From the NCBI RefSeq assembly GCF_009914755.1, contig NC_060933.1: DNA of 64,000 nucleotides. One strand, 5' to 3'. The notes beneath the pieces are model-generated. The model saw nothing but the letters and a program-made list of their open reading frames with translations, was not told the DNA's origin and did no database searches. How positions within the stretch are numbered: position 1 is the stretch's first letter; each line of letters begins with the position of its first letter. This stretch comes from the human T2T-CHM13v2.0 reference genome, Homo sapiens. Positions 1 through 17,371 of this stretch are shown one piece after another. The position numbers and the translations under genes are program-made.

Positions 1-459
1 TGGAATGGGTAGAATATAGCAAATGAGAGAGAGAAAATCTGAAAGGAAGTTTTGGTCTGAGCCACAGTCTAGTGCGCTGAGCTGGGCTAAAGGTTAAATC
101 ATGGTGATGATTCCGCTTCCAGAGAAACAGAGCCACAGCAAAGCAGAAATCACAGCATCATCATGGTGCTAACTGTGAAGGCCAGATGCCCACTGGGGCA
201 ACTCCACTGTAACTGCAGCTCAGTCAGTTCTCCAATCCAACAGGAAACACCCATCCCAGGTTTGTTTCTAAGCCAGATGACCTCAGGGGGGCTTGTCTGC
301 TGCTCCCCCAAAGCACAGTGTTCTTCTCAAGGAGCCCCCTGGGGCAGAGGCAACTAGAGAAGGAAGCCTACATCTTAAGAGTTTTTGTGAACTATAGAAG
401 GCTAGACCATGAGCTTCACCTCCTTCACGGGCCTCCTTTTCTTGCTTTCAGGAACTGAT

Positions 460-808
<349 letters not shown>

Positions 809-931
809 TCACCTCCTTCCCCAACCAGGCCTGTTCTCAGAGTCAGCTTTGGTAAAATAGTTCACTCTGGGATATAAATGGTACTGTACCCTCTCCCAGG
901 AGTCCTGTATTTTATCAAGAGTCAAAGTCCT

Positions 932-1222
932 GGCTGGGTGCAGTGGCTCCCGCCTGTAATCCCAACACTTTGGGAGGTCGAGGCCAGTAGATCACTTGAG
1001 GTCAGGAGGTCAAGACCAACCTAGCCAATACGGTAAAACCCTTTCTCTACTAAAAATACAAAGATTAGCTGGGCATGGTGGTGCGCACCTGTAGTCCCAG
1101 CTACTCAGGAGGCTGAGGCACTAGAATTGCTTGAACCCAGGAGGCGGAGGTTGCAGTGAGCCAAGATGGCGCCACTGCACTCCAGCCTGGGTGACAGAGT
1201 GAAACTGTATAAAAAAAAAAAA
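932..1222 (+). mobile_element. AluS
   Basis: Dimeric Alu consensus with poly(A). Confidence 0.9.
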
Positions 1223-1849
1223 GGAATCAAATTCCTAAGCCAAATAAATGCATCTATAGTTGTGTAAATTAAGAAATCTGCCATCCAGGTGGGGAGGGGG
1301 TACCTGTTGCATCAGCAGGTTGATGGCGGGGCCCTGCCTGGTCGGTGTGGTTCTCCCTCTCCCAGGCCATGTCACCTTGTTCAAGTAGAACATTTATTCC
1401 TGCCCACCACAGGCATTTGACTCTCTGGAATTCATGGGAGGTTCTAGAGTGCGTCCGGCTCTGTGTCAACTACCACTGTGCAATTCCTGCAAAGGCAGTT
1501 GAGGCGGGGGTGGAGTAGCCCTGAATAAACTGACAGCCAGAGGACTGGGATATCAGCTGAGAACGTTCCCATGGAAAAGAAAAGTCCAGCCCCTTCCAGC
1601 AAATGCTGCCTGGCTCTGCAAAGAGTGCCTTGTCATCTCATTGGCATTGCTTCTGTATTTCTTTCCTATTTCAGACCAGAAGTGAGTGCATGGAGGATCT
1701 CTGTGAGCTGGTTTTCTCTATCTTCAGGATAATCCAACCTTTAGTAACAAAAGCAGAAAAATCTATTCCTATCCTTTGGCTCCCAAGTCCACATCTAAGT
1801 GATTCGTCCTAAGGATGTATTTCCAAAATTGTTTTTAAATCTTGTTTCA

Positions 1850-2158
<309 letters not shown>

Positions 2159-4769
2159 TTAAATAAAGGTTGCTAGTATTATGCATGATTACATAAAGTG
2201 GGGCCTACCCAGGTCCCAAATGACAGGTGGATGAGCAAACTTTGGCCCCCATTTGAAAGAATACTATGATAAGCTTAAAAATGACAAAATGAAATTCGTC
2301 AAAATATAGAAAAGTATATATGAAAGAATGTCCAGGGAAAATATTGGAAACCCAAACTGCACAAATCAATCAGTTTCTCCCTGCAGCCCTGTTGATGAAA
2401 ACTGGAAGAGTTCAAGAAATAGTTATGTAAAATTTAAATAAAGTTCATGTTCTTTTTTGTGGGTATTTGTGTGCTTAAGTAATGTAAGTATCATAATCCC
2501 TAAGAAAATACTTTCTAACTTTTAAACATTGTTCACTATAAAATTATCATTCACTTTCTTCAAAAAATAATAAATTATTTTAATAATTGCTAATTGCTCT
2601 GTCTAGAGTTAGGTGGTTGGGATACAGAAGTAATTGCTTCCTGGCATTCAGGAAAGTACGGGTCTTGTTTTGACCAGGCCTCTGCCTTCCCAGGGTTACT
2701 CCAGGAATTGGGATCTAGAACACCCAAAGGTGGGAGATCACTTTCTCAGGCAGGACTGGTCCTGGACTAGGGAAAACTACTCATCTAGCCCAAATGACTT
2801 GTCCTTCCAAAGAAACTATTCTGCTCCCCCAACTAATAATATTAGCCATATCAAGATTCTTAGCTGCAAACAAGAAAAAATTTGCCATGGATAGTTGCAT
2901 AACAATGATCATTATTATCATCACTTTTGGTGCAGTTGTTGTATGCAGGCACTGTGCTGGGCTCAATGGGAAGGGTTTTATGTGCATTATCTCTTTTTAT
3001 CAACAACCTAGAAAAGAAGGCAATTACTTCCTGTTATGGATGAAGGAACTGAGGCTAAGAAAGGCTGAGAAACTTGCCCAGAGACCACAGATTTAGTAAG
3101 TGGTAGAGGAGATTTTCAAAGCTAGAGCTGACTGCCAAGCTTGAGGTCTTAACAAGCTTAGTTTCTGCAATGAAAATCCTGCTGGGCTTCAGTGAGAATC
3201 CAGCAAGCTGGTGATGCAGCCTCCATCCTTGGTGGGCCCCTACTAGCCTTAATATTTCAGGGCAGTTTCCAGGAGAGCTGGCTGGAGTCAGTGGTTGGCA
3301 TCCACACGCAGCAGAGCCATGAAGCTGGCTTTCCCAGCAGCTCACATTAACTGGCAGTGGCAGCCAAGGCAGGTCAGAAGCAGAAATGCTCTCAGGGCCT
3401 CAGGAAACATCTGCAAGTCCTCAAGGAGACAAGACCTGCCCCCTTATCACCTCTTCGGGGGAGAGAGTGGGCCTATCCCATCTGCAGGGAAAGAATGAAC
3501 ACATTGTTTTTATTTTCCAAGGTGTGTTCCTGTAAATGAAACAATTCACTGCTATGCAACTTTTAGGATTGGCCACTTGAGAGCAGGCCTTGTACTGGAC
3601 AATGGGGTGGCAGTCCTGAAATCAGAGCCACCACCTGCCTGCCAGGGCTTGTGGGGCAAGGGTGAAGATGGTGACAAGTGACAAGCAGTATTTGCAATTC
3701 AAAGTGAATGGTGCAAGGAAAAGGGGATGTGGTGTAAGGGGGAGAGTATGAACTTTGGAGTCAGAAAGTTCTGTTTCTTCATGTCCTGGTTGTGAGACTT
3801 TGGGCAAATTTCCTAACATCTCGAGGTTGTTTCCTCATCTGGAAGAAATGTAAATAGTTATACTTGTATTGCATAATTACCATGAACATTAAAAGGTACA
3901 AGTATATCAATACTTAAAATTGCCTAGCAGATAATGGGAGCTCAATAAATGATAACATTACTAGTGTTATTAAAAAGGCTCAGTTGGAGGATCTATAAAT
4001 GGTGTTGTTGAAAAGAAAACAGAAGGGACATATTAGCTGGGTTTTGATGGGGAAGTAGGAGTTTGTTGACTAGCTGGTAGGCAGGAAGGGTTTTCTAGTT
4101 AGCAACTTAGCAAGGACAGCTTTGTGAAGGAGCATGGAACATCCAGGCAACATGAGTGGACCAGTTAGGAGCTACTGAAATATTCCCATCAAAATACAGG
4201 GGCGTACCCCTGGGGCAAGATGACTCTCTGACGTCCACTTACTACTATTCTCAAATAAAGGACCATGAACAACCTCTCCGTGTAAATTCATAAACCAGCA
4301 TTCTTGTTAGCTACGCTTCCTGAAATGGAGCAGCCTCCAGGCCCATGGCCTGACAATCCACAGGGAACAAACAAAGCTGAGAATCAGATTCCAAGAGCCC
4401 ACGCTCTTCCTTCTCTGGAGTTAGACAGGCTTGAGTTTTCATTCCTGTCCTTGCTGTGTAAACTTGGCAAGTCACTCATCTCTCTTATCTTTCAGTTTTG
4501 CCATCTGAAAAATGGGAATAATTATACATTACACAGAAATTGTTATACATTATCACAGTACCTGGTGCATGGCAGGTGCTATCTATTCTTTAGAGAAAGG
4601 AGCTGCTTTCTTGCCTGAACTTATGGCAGAGTGAAGGCAAGACTGACATATTCTGGAAGAAGCCCCACAATCTCGACCATGAAATATCAAAAAAAGACTT
4701 TCACAAAAATGGCATAGGATAGATGTTATTCTGTACTTTGCTTTTTTCAATGAATAATACAACATGTGA

Positions 4770-5560
<791 letters not shown>

Positions 5561-6564
5561 AATCCTAATTTCTTTAAGTAGTTGCCTTGTATTCCATTAA
5601 TTAGAGGTAGCATAGTTTAGTTAAGCACTTCTTACTGAAGGATAGTTCTGGTCTTCTTCATTGTTTGCTAAGCAAAGAAAGATATTGTTACCACAACATC
5701 CTTCTAGTCTAAGAGATAGTCAAAACTTACCCCATTTCCTGAGGGAATTATCCAACAGAAGCAAAAAGTTGTATTGCAAAATATACTAATTGCAGCAATT
5801 TTTGTAGTAACACAAAATTGGGAACTACTTAAAGAGTCCACAACAAGGAGCTCTTTAAGTAAATTCTATTGTTCAATTAAATAATGTACAATTACTAAAA
5901 TGATAACTATGAAGGCAATATAGCAACAAGTGAATTGCAAATGGTGATCTTAAGTGGAGGAAAAACCATGACAAAATGCAAAATGGCATCCCTTGCCCAC
6001 ACTGGTTCTCGCGATAGTAAGAAGTAGGGCTGGGAAGCACATCCATGCCCTCTGGCCTTGAAATTCCTGTCTCTGCCATGTCACAAGGAGGAACAGAATC
6101 CAGGCTTCCTCACTAAGGAGCAGGCTGGGGATCACTGCCACCCTACAACTACTGTGGGTTCTAGGAGAGGGCCCGCTCAGGAGAAAGGAAGGCTCCCCTC
6201 CCACGTGACGAGGGGAAGCTGAAGTCACTGTTGCCTTCCCTAGATTTTGAAGGTCCTGACTCCCTAGGTCCCCAGGGAGTGGGTCATAGCTAGGCTGTAT
6301 AATGGTGACGAGAATTGTGGACCCAAGTCATCCTGGTGGCTGTGGAACCAGTTGTTCATGAAGATAGTGGGTGAACTGTTGTGATGAGTACCTTCCAAAC
6401 TTCCTGTGTGTGGTGCTGGGGTCTCTTGCCAACGTCCAATACCTAGGACAAATGCTGACTTCTCAGAGTGCCACCTGGCACTGTACTTTCCAGAGTAGTC
6501 ATTGCAACTACATTCAACAGCAGTAACTGTGAATCCATTCAATTGAACCAATAATGTGAAACTG

Positions 6565-7576
<1,012 letters not shown>

Positions 7577-8057
7577 TCAAAGTATTATTAATAAGAGAAA
7601 TTTATCCTCAATGGAGCATGTTGGTTGGCAGCTTATTTTTTTGGATACTTATAGTTGTGATGTTTACGTTGTGATTTTGTATTTTGTATCGACCATAAAT
7701 TATATTTTTTTATTTCTAAACCTTGTAAACAAAAAATATACTAACACAGAATTTTGTTAAAGTTTATATGAAGGAATATAAAAAAAAAACATTTTCTAGT
7801 ATTCAGGAAAGTATATAGTAGCTTCCCAGTCCTCTGCTACCAGCTTCCAATCAGCTCCACAAACTGTGAAACTGTCCCTAAAATGTCCCCAGTCTTAGGG
7901 AGAAGTTTGAGATTATTAGGGTCACAGCTACACTGCTGTAACAAAGAGGCCCCAAAATATCGTGGGTGCAAAAACATCAAAATTAATTTTTCTCTTACAA
8001 AACAAAACAACCAGGCTGGATTGGTCAAGTGATGCCGCCATAAACAGATACAGTTTC

Positions 8058-8348
8058 AGCCAGGAGCGGTGGCACATGCCTGTAATCCCAGCACTTTGGG
8101 AGGCCGAGGCAGGTGGATCACCTGAGGTCAGGAGTTCAAGGCCAGCCTGGCCAATATGGCGAAACCCCGTCTCTACTAAAAATACAAAAATTAGCAGGGC
8201 GTGGTGGCGGACACCTGTAATCCCAGCTACTCGGGAGGCTGAGGCAGGGAGAATTGCTTGAACCCAGGAGGCGGAGGTTGCAGTGAGTCAAGATGATGCC
8301 ACTGGGCTACAGAGCAAGACTCTGTCAAAAAAACAAAAAACAAAAAAC
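8058..8348 (+). mobile_element. AluS
   Basis: Alu consensus with a short deletion near the 3' end. Confidence 0.88.
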
Positions 8349-9014
8349 AGGTAGTTTCCCTGTTGGTCTCCATCCCCTAAGGTGTCATTATTTGCTTAAT
8401 CAAGGCTGGGTTGCTAACTCTGGGAAAGGAGGAAGAACCAACATTCCAGATAAGGAGCTTAAATCTGGAGATGACCCAGAAAATGTTCACATCACTTCCT
8501 TTCAATATTTGGTTAGTCCACACTTAACCACATGGTCACATCCAGCTGCACAGGAGTCTAGGAAATGTAGCCTGTAGCTGGGCAACTGTGCCCAGGAAGA
8601 GGGGAAGAATTTGGAGGAATAAGTAGCCATCTGCTACAGAGATTCTTTTTAATTTAAAAAATTTACAACATAAAAGAATTATATTACAATCCCATCATAC
8701 AACTACTGACATTTTTCTATTGTTCTTTCCACATTTGAAACATGTGTGTTCCATGTATTTTTATAAAGTTGTAAAAATAGTATGTATGCAATTTTACATT
8801 CTACCAGAAATAAAACAGTATAATGAAAATAACATTAGATTCAAACAATGATATGCTATTTTTTTACCTATGACATTGGCAAGGTCTTTTAAAAAACCAC
8901 AATAACCAGTGTTGGAGAGATCATGGGGAAATAGCCACTCAAACGTTACTCATGAGAGTGTACACATGTGTAACTTCACTTGGAGGGCAATTTGGTGATA
9001 CATTTAAAAGTTTT

Positions 9015-9180
9015 GGCCAGGTTTGGTGGTGTACACCTGTATCCCCAGCTACACGGGGAGGCTAAAGCGGGAGGATGGTTTGAGCCCAGGAGTTTGAGGC
9101 TGCAGTGAGCTACGATCGCACGACTGCACTCCAGCCTGGGTAATGGAGGGAGACACTGTCTCAAAAAAAAAAAAAAAAAA
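9015..9180 (+). mobile_element. Alu right-arm monomer (FRAM/AluJ-like)
   Basis: Single arm plus poly(A). Confidence 0.8.
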
Positions 9181-10267
9181 TTTACAATTTAACCTAAGGG
9201 GAAAAATGTAGAGATGTGGGTACAGATTTGTATAAAGGCTGGTTGTCGAAGCCTTACTTATGCTAAAAAATAGAACTAACCTAAATATCCAATGGGGATT
9301 ATTTAAATGAATTATGATTCAACCTTCCACAGAGATTAGAATCATGCTCTTGAAGAACACTGATGATGTAAAAAGTCTGCTAACATATTAAGTGAGAAAG
9401 CACATTACAAAATGGAATATATGTTCTGATAATTTTTGGTAAAAATTATCCATAGCTGTAAAGAGGACTAGAAGAATATTCACCCAAATGTCAACAGTGG
9501 TTCTTCTGGGTGAGTGCTATTGACAGCGGTTTTTACTTCCTTATTTACTCCTTTTGATATTTTTCAAATATTTGGCAATAGACATGTATTAGTTTTACAA
9601 TAAAGGGGTTATTTAAAACACTGAATTAGACATACAGAATCCTAATACATTAGAGCAGAAATGATCCTTGAACTCCTTCATGTTTCAAATGGGGAAACTG
9701 AGGTCCAGAGAGGGTGAGTGACTTGCTAAAGTAACACAACTAGTTAGAATTGAGATTTGAACTGAAGTAGTTTGTCTTCAAGGCTGGTGTTCTTATCACT
9801 ATATAACTAAAAAAAAAAACAAAAAAAAACACCTTTTTTTTTCTTTTTCTTTTTGTAGTCAATGTTCTGCTGAATAAAAAGAACTTTTCTAAAAACAGCT
9901 TGACTCCTGGCAGCTTAGTCAGTGTTGAGGTACACAAAAAAACAAAGTGTCTGTAAGTCCTTGGAGAACTTAAAACAAAACAACTTAAAACATACACACA
10001 CAACAAATTTCTGGTACATCCAGTGCTTATAAGGAAATATACATTGGGAAAACAAACATTCACACTGATAGAAACAGGATATGAGTGTCTCATTCATTCA
10101 TTCAAAAAATATTTGTTGCGCACCTACTACATGCTGTTTTTAACACACTAGATCCTGGTAATCAATGGTAAACAGACATGATTCTCACTCTTCTGGTGCT
10201 TACAGTATTTAAATTCTGCTAATGTTTGTTGAACATCTACTATACACTTTACATATTTTTAAAGTTT

Positions 10268-10492
<225 letters not shown>

Positions 10493-10799
10493 TAGGCACT
10501 ATTTCTAATCTTACAACAGCCCTATGAGATAGGTATCATTAACTCTATTTCACAGATGAGAGAACTAGAATCATAGATATTAAGTGGATTTCCCAAGATT
10601 ACACAGACTAAGTGACAGATCTGTTTTCTAATGCTCATCTCATTGCCCTTAAACATAGGGTCCTCTTCCCACAACTGTAGCCTCAACCTCGAGCACCCAC
10701 TCATTACAGAGGTTAAATAAAGGGCTAGGACTTAATGAATTTAGACCATTTCAGACTTATTGAACTTATTGGGATGGAGCCCAGGAATCTGCTATTCTT

Positions 10800-10802
10800 T
10801 TA

Positions 10803-10833
<31 letters not shown>

Positions 10834-11109
10834 TTTGAGACGGAGTCTCGCTCTGTCGCCAGGCTGGAATGCAGTGGCGGATCTCACTGCAACTTCTGCC
10901 TCCCAGGTTCAAGCGATTCTCCTGCCTCAGCCTCCTGAGTAGCTGGGATTACAGGCATGCGCCACCATGCCCAGCTAATTTTTGTATTTTTAGTAGAGAT
11001 GGGGTTTCACCATGTTGGCCAGGATGGTCTCGATCTCTTGACCTCGTGATCTGCCCGCTTCAGCTTCCCAGAGTGCTGGGATTACAGGCATGAGCAACTG
11101 CGCCCAGCC
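10800..11109 (-). mobile_element. AluS
   Basis: (TTA/TTTA)n tail plus reverse consensus. Confidence 0.88.
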
Positions 11110-11431
11110 AAATCTGTCATTCTTGATAAGATCACTCTATAACTTGTATCTGTGCTAAAGTTCAGGGGCCACCGCCCTTATCTGTAACCTGGAATCCTAC
11201 AATTCAATCTCCCATTAGAGAATGTATCCTTAGGTCTCAGGTGGAATGTACCAATTCTCAAATTCCACTAGGGGACAGTATAGGCCAATATGTCTAGACA
11301 AGTGGCACACTGTGGAAGACTGTGGAATCAATCACTGATGACATTCATTCATCCCTGGACCAACAGCGAGGGCTTGTCGGCTGCCAGGCACTGGGCTGAG
11401 CAAAGGTGGATGATTTCTGTAATGCTATTTA

Positions 11432-11882
<451 letters not shown>

Positions 11883-11899
11883 AGAAGGCTGCTGTGGAG

Positions 11900-12337
11900 T
11901 AATGTGGTATGTTGAAAAGCAGGACCACGGTGTTTTGTGGTTTCTCCCATCAAAAGGTAGATCTATTTCCTCACGCCTTGATTCTGGACTTGCTTTGACC
12001 AAGAGAACATGGTAGAAGTGACTTGCAGAGTTCCAGAGCCTAGACCTCAAGGTCTCACTGCTTCTCCCTTTGCTTTCTTGGGAGGCTTCTGGCATTGAGT
12101 TCAGAAGCCTAGGTTGAAAGGCCATGCAGAGAAGCCCAGCTGTCCCAGCTGAGGCCCCAGCCTCGTGGATAAAGCTGTCTTAGCCCACATATTCCCGGAC
12201 CAGCCACCAGTGATTGTAAGCTGCCTGGTGAGCCCAGCAGACCCAGTCAACCCGCCAAATTGTGAAAAATAACAAATCATTATTTTAAGCCACTAAGTTT
12301 CAGAGTAGATTATTACACAGTAATAGATAACTGATAG
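11900..12337 (+). mobile_element. MLT1-type MaLR LTR
   Basis: ttgctttgaccaa...ttttaagccactaagttt...acagtaatagataactgata end motif. Confidence 0.7.
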
Positions 12338-12887
12338 ACGCGGCCATGCACAGGGGATTTTTTAAATTAATTTAGCAATTCTTTAACTGAGTGCCTGCTT
12401 TGTACCAAGTATTGTATTATCTCACGTGTTAGGGATCTGTGCCTTGTGGAACAAGATAGAAAAAGCCCCCAGCCTCATATGGGCGAAGACGCACAATAAA
12501 TTAGTAAATGGATAGATATACGGGGCAGTATAATACCATATGGAATAAGGGCTGTGAAGAAAAACAAAGTATGGAGTTCAAGAATGATTGAGGGTCGAGA
12601 TCAGGTTCTTATAGACAGAGTGGTCATGGAAATCTTCTCTAGAAAGGTGAAATTTGAGGATAGCTGTGAGTACTGAGAAGGAGCAAAACCTGTGAAGATC
12701 CAGGAGAAACACTTCCATTTCAGGCAAATGGAACAATATCTAAAAAACTCCAAAGCGGGAAACATCTTAGTATACGCAGAGTACAGCCTGAAGGCCAGTG
12801 GGATTTGTTAAATGCAATGTTAAATGCAAATTAATACAAATTTGTTAAATGCAACTGTCAAATGTGAATTAATGGTTTAACTTGTTA

Positions 12888-13167
12888 GGCCGGGCATGAT
12901 GGGTCATGCCTCTAATCCCAGCACTTTGGGAGACTGAGGGGGGCAGATCATGAGGTTAGGAGTTGGAGACCAGCCTGACCAACATGGTAAAACCCTGTCT
13001 CTACTAAAAATACAAAAATTAGCTGAGCGTGGTGGTGCGCACCCATAGTCCCAGCTACTCAGCAGGCTGAGGCAGGAGAATCGCCTGAACCTGGGAGGTG
13101 GAGGTTGCAGTGAGCCAAGGTAGTGCCACTGTACTCCAGGCTGGGTGACAGAGTGAGACTTCGTCAC

Positions 13168-13194
<27 letters not shown>
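12888..13194 (+). mobile_element. AluS
   Basis: Consensus, long poly(A), TSD gtttaacttgtta. Confidence 0.9.
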
Positions 13195-13198
<4 letters not shown>

Positions 13199-13484
13199 AA
13201 CTTGTTAAACTGGTGTAAGATACCATTTTAACTTATTTAGGATTCCCTATACTTCAATTTTCTTAACACTAAGAACAGGGTCATGTCAGTCACTCACATT
13301 CACTGAATGCTAACTCAAATGAATATCATTCTAAACTATTTGTCAAAATATGTTTAAAAGTTCTTTATTTTTCTGGCTTTTGAATCAGTAAACTATTTTA
13401 CACTTTTCTGTAGCTCTTATTGCCTTTAGTGTTACGATGCTCAGAATCTAATCTTCAGATCTAGACTACCTCATCAAAGAACAC

Positions 13485-14400
<916 letters not shown>

Positions 14401-14401
14401 A

Positions 14402-15890
14402 GCTGGGCATAGTGGCTCACGCCTGTAATCTCGGCACTTTGGGATGCCGAGGCAGGTAGATTACCTGAAGTCAGGAACCAAGGCAGGAGCCGGCTCCCTC
14501 AGCTTGCAGGGAGGTGTGGAGGGAGAGGCGCCGGCGGGAACCAGGGCTGCCCACTGTGCTTGTGGGCCAGCGCGAGTTCCGCGTGGGCGTGGGCTTGGCA
14601 GACCCCGCATTCAGAGCGGCTGGCCGGCTGGCCGGCCCTGCCGGCCCCAGGCAGTGAGGGGCTTAGCACCTGGGCCAGCAGCTGCTGTGCTCAATTTCTC
14701 GGCAGGCCTTAGCTGCCTTCCCACGGGGCAGGGCTCGGGACCTGCAGCTCGCCATGACTGAGCCTCCCCACCCCTCCGTGGGCTCCTGTGCAGCCCGAGC
14801 CTCCCTGACGAGCGCTGCCCCCTGCTCCACGGCGCCCAGTCCCATCAACCACCCGAAGGCTGAGGAGTGTGGGTGCACGGCACGGGACTGGCAGGCAGCT
14901 CCACCTGCAGCCCGGGTGCGGGATCCACTGGGTGAAGCCAGCTGGGCTCCTGAGTCTGGTGGGGACTTGGAGAACCTTTATGTCTAGCTAAGGGATTGTA
15001 AATACAGCAATCGGCACTCTGTATCTAGCTCAAGGTTTGTAAACACACCAATCAGCACCCTGTGTCTAGCTCAGGGTTTGTGAATGCACCAGTGTACACT
15101 CTGTATCTAGCTACTCTGGTGGGGACTTGGAGAACCTTTCTGTGGACACTCTGTATCTAGCTAATCTGGTGGGGATGTGGAGAACCTTTGTGTCTAGCTC
15201 AGGGATTGTAAACGCACCAATCAGCGCCCTGTCAAAACAGACCACTAGGCTCTACCAATCAGCAGGACGTGGGTGGGGCCAGATAAGAGAATAAAAGCAG
15301 GCTGCCGGAGCCAGCAGTGGCAACCCGCTCGGGTTCCCTTTCATGCTGTGGAGGCTTTGTTCTTTTGCTCTTTGCAAGAAATCCTGCTGCTGCTCACTCT
15401 TTGGGTCCACACTGCCTTTATGAGCTGTTAACACTCACCGCGAAGGTCTGCAGCTTCACTCCTGAAGCCAGCGAGACCACGAACCCACCAGAAGGAAGAA
15501 ACTCTGAACACATCCCAACATCAGAAGGAACAAACTCCAGACGCGCCCCCTTAAGAGCTGTAACACTCACCGCGAGGGTCCACGGCTTCATTCTTGAAGT
15601 CAGTGAGACCAAGAACCCATGAATTCCGGACACACCGAGGCAGGTAGATTACCTGCAGTCAGGAGTTCAGGACCAGCCTGGCCAACATGGTAAAACCACG
15701 TCCCTACTAAAAATACAATTAGCTGGGTGTGGTGGCGGGCACCTGTAATCCTGCTACTCAGGAGGCTGAGGCAGGAGAATCGCTTAAACCCAGGAGGCGG
15801 AGATCGCAGTGAGCTGAGATCGCACCACTGCGCTCCAGCCTGGGTGACAGAGCGAGACTCCGTCTCAAAAAAAAAAAAAAAAAAAAAAGA
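14402..15890 (+). mobile_element. AluS split by the LTR12 (14402-14476 and 15635-15890)
   Basis: Left-arm start before the LTR; remainder and poly(A) after it. Confidence 0.88.
14477..15634 (+). mobile_element. Solo LTR12 (ERV9 LTR, LTR12C-like), 5'-truncated
   Basis: GC-rich U3, tandem tctagctcagggattgtaaa..caccaatcagc repeats, GC box plus AATAAA at 15290-15295, canonical end aattccggacaca. Confidence 0.92.
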
Positions 15891-16299
15891 AGCCTCTGGG
15901 GTGAAAGAAATCTTTCTGCAATGATTTCTATACTTAGGGGCAAGGAGGGAAGTGCCTGCAGCCTGGGTGAAGGGCTGATGGAGGTGGCAGAGAGAGACTA
16001 CAGGCCAGGAAGGTCAGCTGTTGCTCACCCAGGTGTTGTCTTGGGACAATCACGACCTACTTCCTACTTCTTCCCTTTAGAAACCATCAGCATAGCCAGG
16101 CCACCTGAATCAGTCTTCCAGGAAAGCAACATGCCCTAATAAGGAGAAAAGTTAAGTGAAATTAGAGATTATTTCCCGGAAAGATGCCTCCTATCACTGC
16201 TGGTTGTTTAGTATAAATTTAAGGGCAAATACCTGACCAGAGGATAACTCTCACCTAGAAAGATGTGATTAGACCAGAGGGATCAAGAGGGGTTTTGGG

Positions 16300-16911
16300 A
16301 GCCGGGCGGGGTGGCTCACGCCTGTAATCCCAGCACTTTGGGAGGCCGAGGCGCGTGGATCACAAGGTCAGGAGTTTGAGACCATCCTGCCAAACATGGT
16401 GAAACCCTGTCTCTACTAAAAATACAAAAAAAATTAGCCGGGTGTGGTGGTGGGCGCCTGTAGTCCCAGCTACTCAGGAGGCAGAGGCAGGAGAATGGTG
16501 TGAACCCAGGAGACGGAGCTTCCAGTGAGCCGAGATCGCGCCACTGCACTCCAGCCTGGGCGACAGAGCAAGACTCCATTTAAAAAAAAAAAAAAAAAGA
16601 AGGGTTTTGGACAGGTGTGGTGGCTTACGCCTGTAATCCCAACAGTTTGGGAGGCTGAGGTGGGAGGATCCTTTGAGGCTAGGACTCGAGACCAGCCTAG
16701 GCAACACAGTGAGACCCTATCTCTACAAAATACAATAAAATAATCAGCCTGGTGTGGTGGTGCACACCTGTGGTCCTAGCTACTTGGGTGGCTGAGGTGG
16801 GAGGATTGCTTGAGCCCAGAAGTTAAGGGTGGCAGTGTGCTGTGATCACGCCACTACACTCTGGCCTGGGCGACAGAGACTCTATCTCTTAAAAAAAAAA
16901 AAAAAAAAAAA
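16300..16911 (+). mobile_element. Two tandem Alus (16300-16599 younger; 16609-16911 AluJ-like)
   Basis: Two dimeric consensus matches; TSD gggttttgg. Confidence 0.88.
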
Positions 16912-17371
16912 TTCGGGGGGCACTCTGTGACCAGGGCTTATCTCCTTCTCTCTCCTTAAACCCAGTGGGAGAGACAGACTAGAGACTGGTCCTCAGCCCT
17001 TCCCCCAGAAGTTGCCATGCAGAGTGGCTGATACCCCAGGGGAACAGGAGCTCATTGACCAAACTAATTAGCCACCTGAGGAGTACAAACACAGTAAAAA
17101 GAGGACAACGAACATCTACCATCTGAAGCAAAATTATTGGAATAGACCAACCAAGAACATGCACGGTAAATAAACTTAGGAAAATAAAGATAAAGCAAGA
17201 ACAAGAAATCATTCTGTACCACTTTAATGAAGTATACTTAACATACGATAGACTACACATATTTAAAACATTCAATTTGATGAGCTTTGACATAAGTATA
17301 CACCTGTCAAACCATCACTATAATCAAGATAATGAACATCTCAATCACCCCTAAATCTTCCTGTACCCCTC

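Noticed and set aside
9809-9858. A-tract followed by a T-tract ending in an acceptor-like tttttgtag
   Set aside because: Low-complexity; no matching donor, ORF or other support
14980-15240. Regularly spaced direct repeats that superficially resemble a CRISPR array
   Set aside because: Known tandem enhancer repeats of LTR12 in eukaryotic DNA; no unique spacers or cas genes
14444-15633. GC-rich ORFs and a CpG-island-like stretch
   Set aside because: Explained by the LTR12 U3/R/U5; no gag/pol/env sequence present
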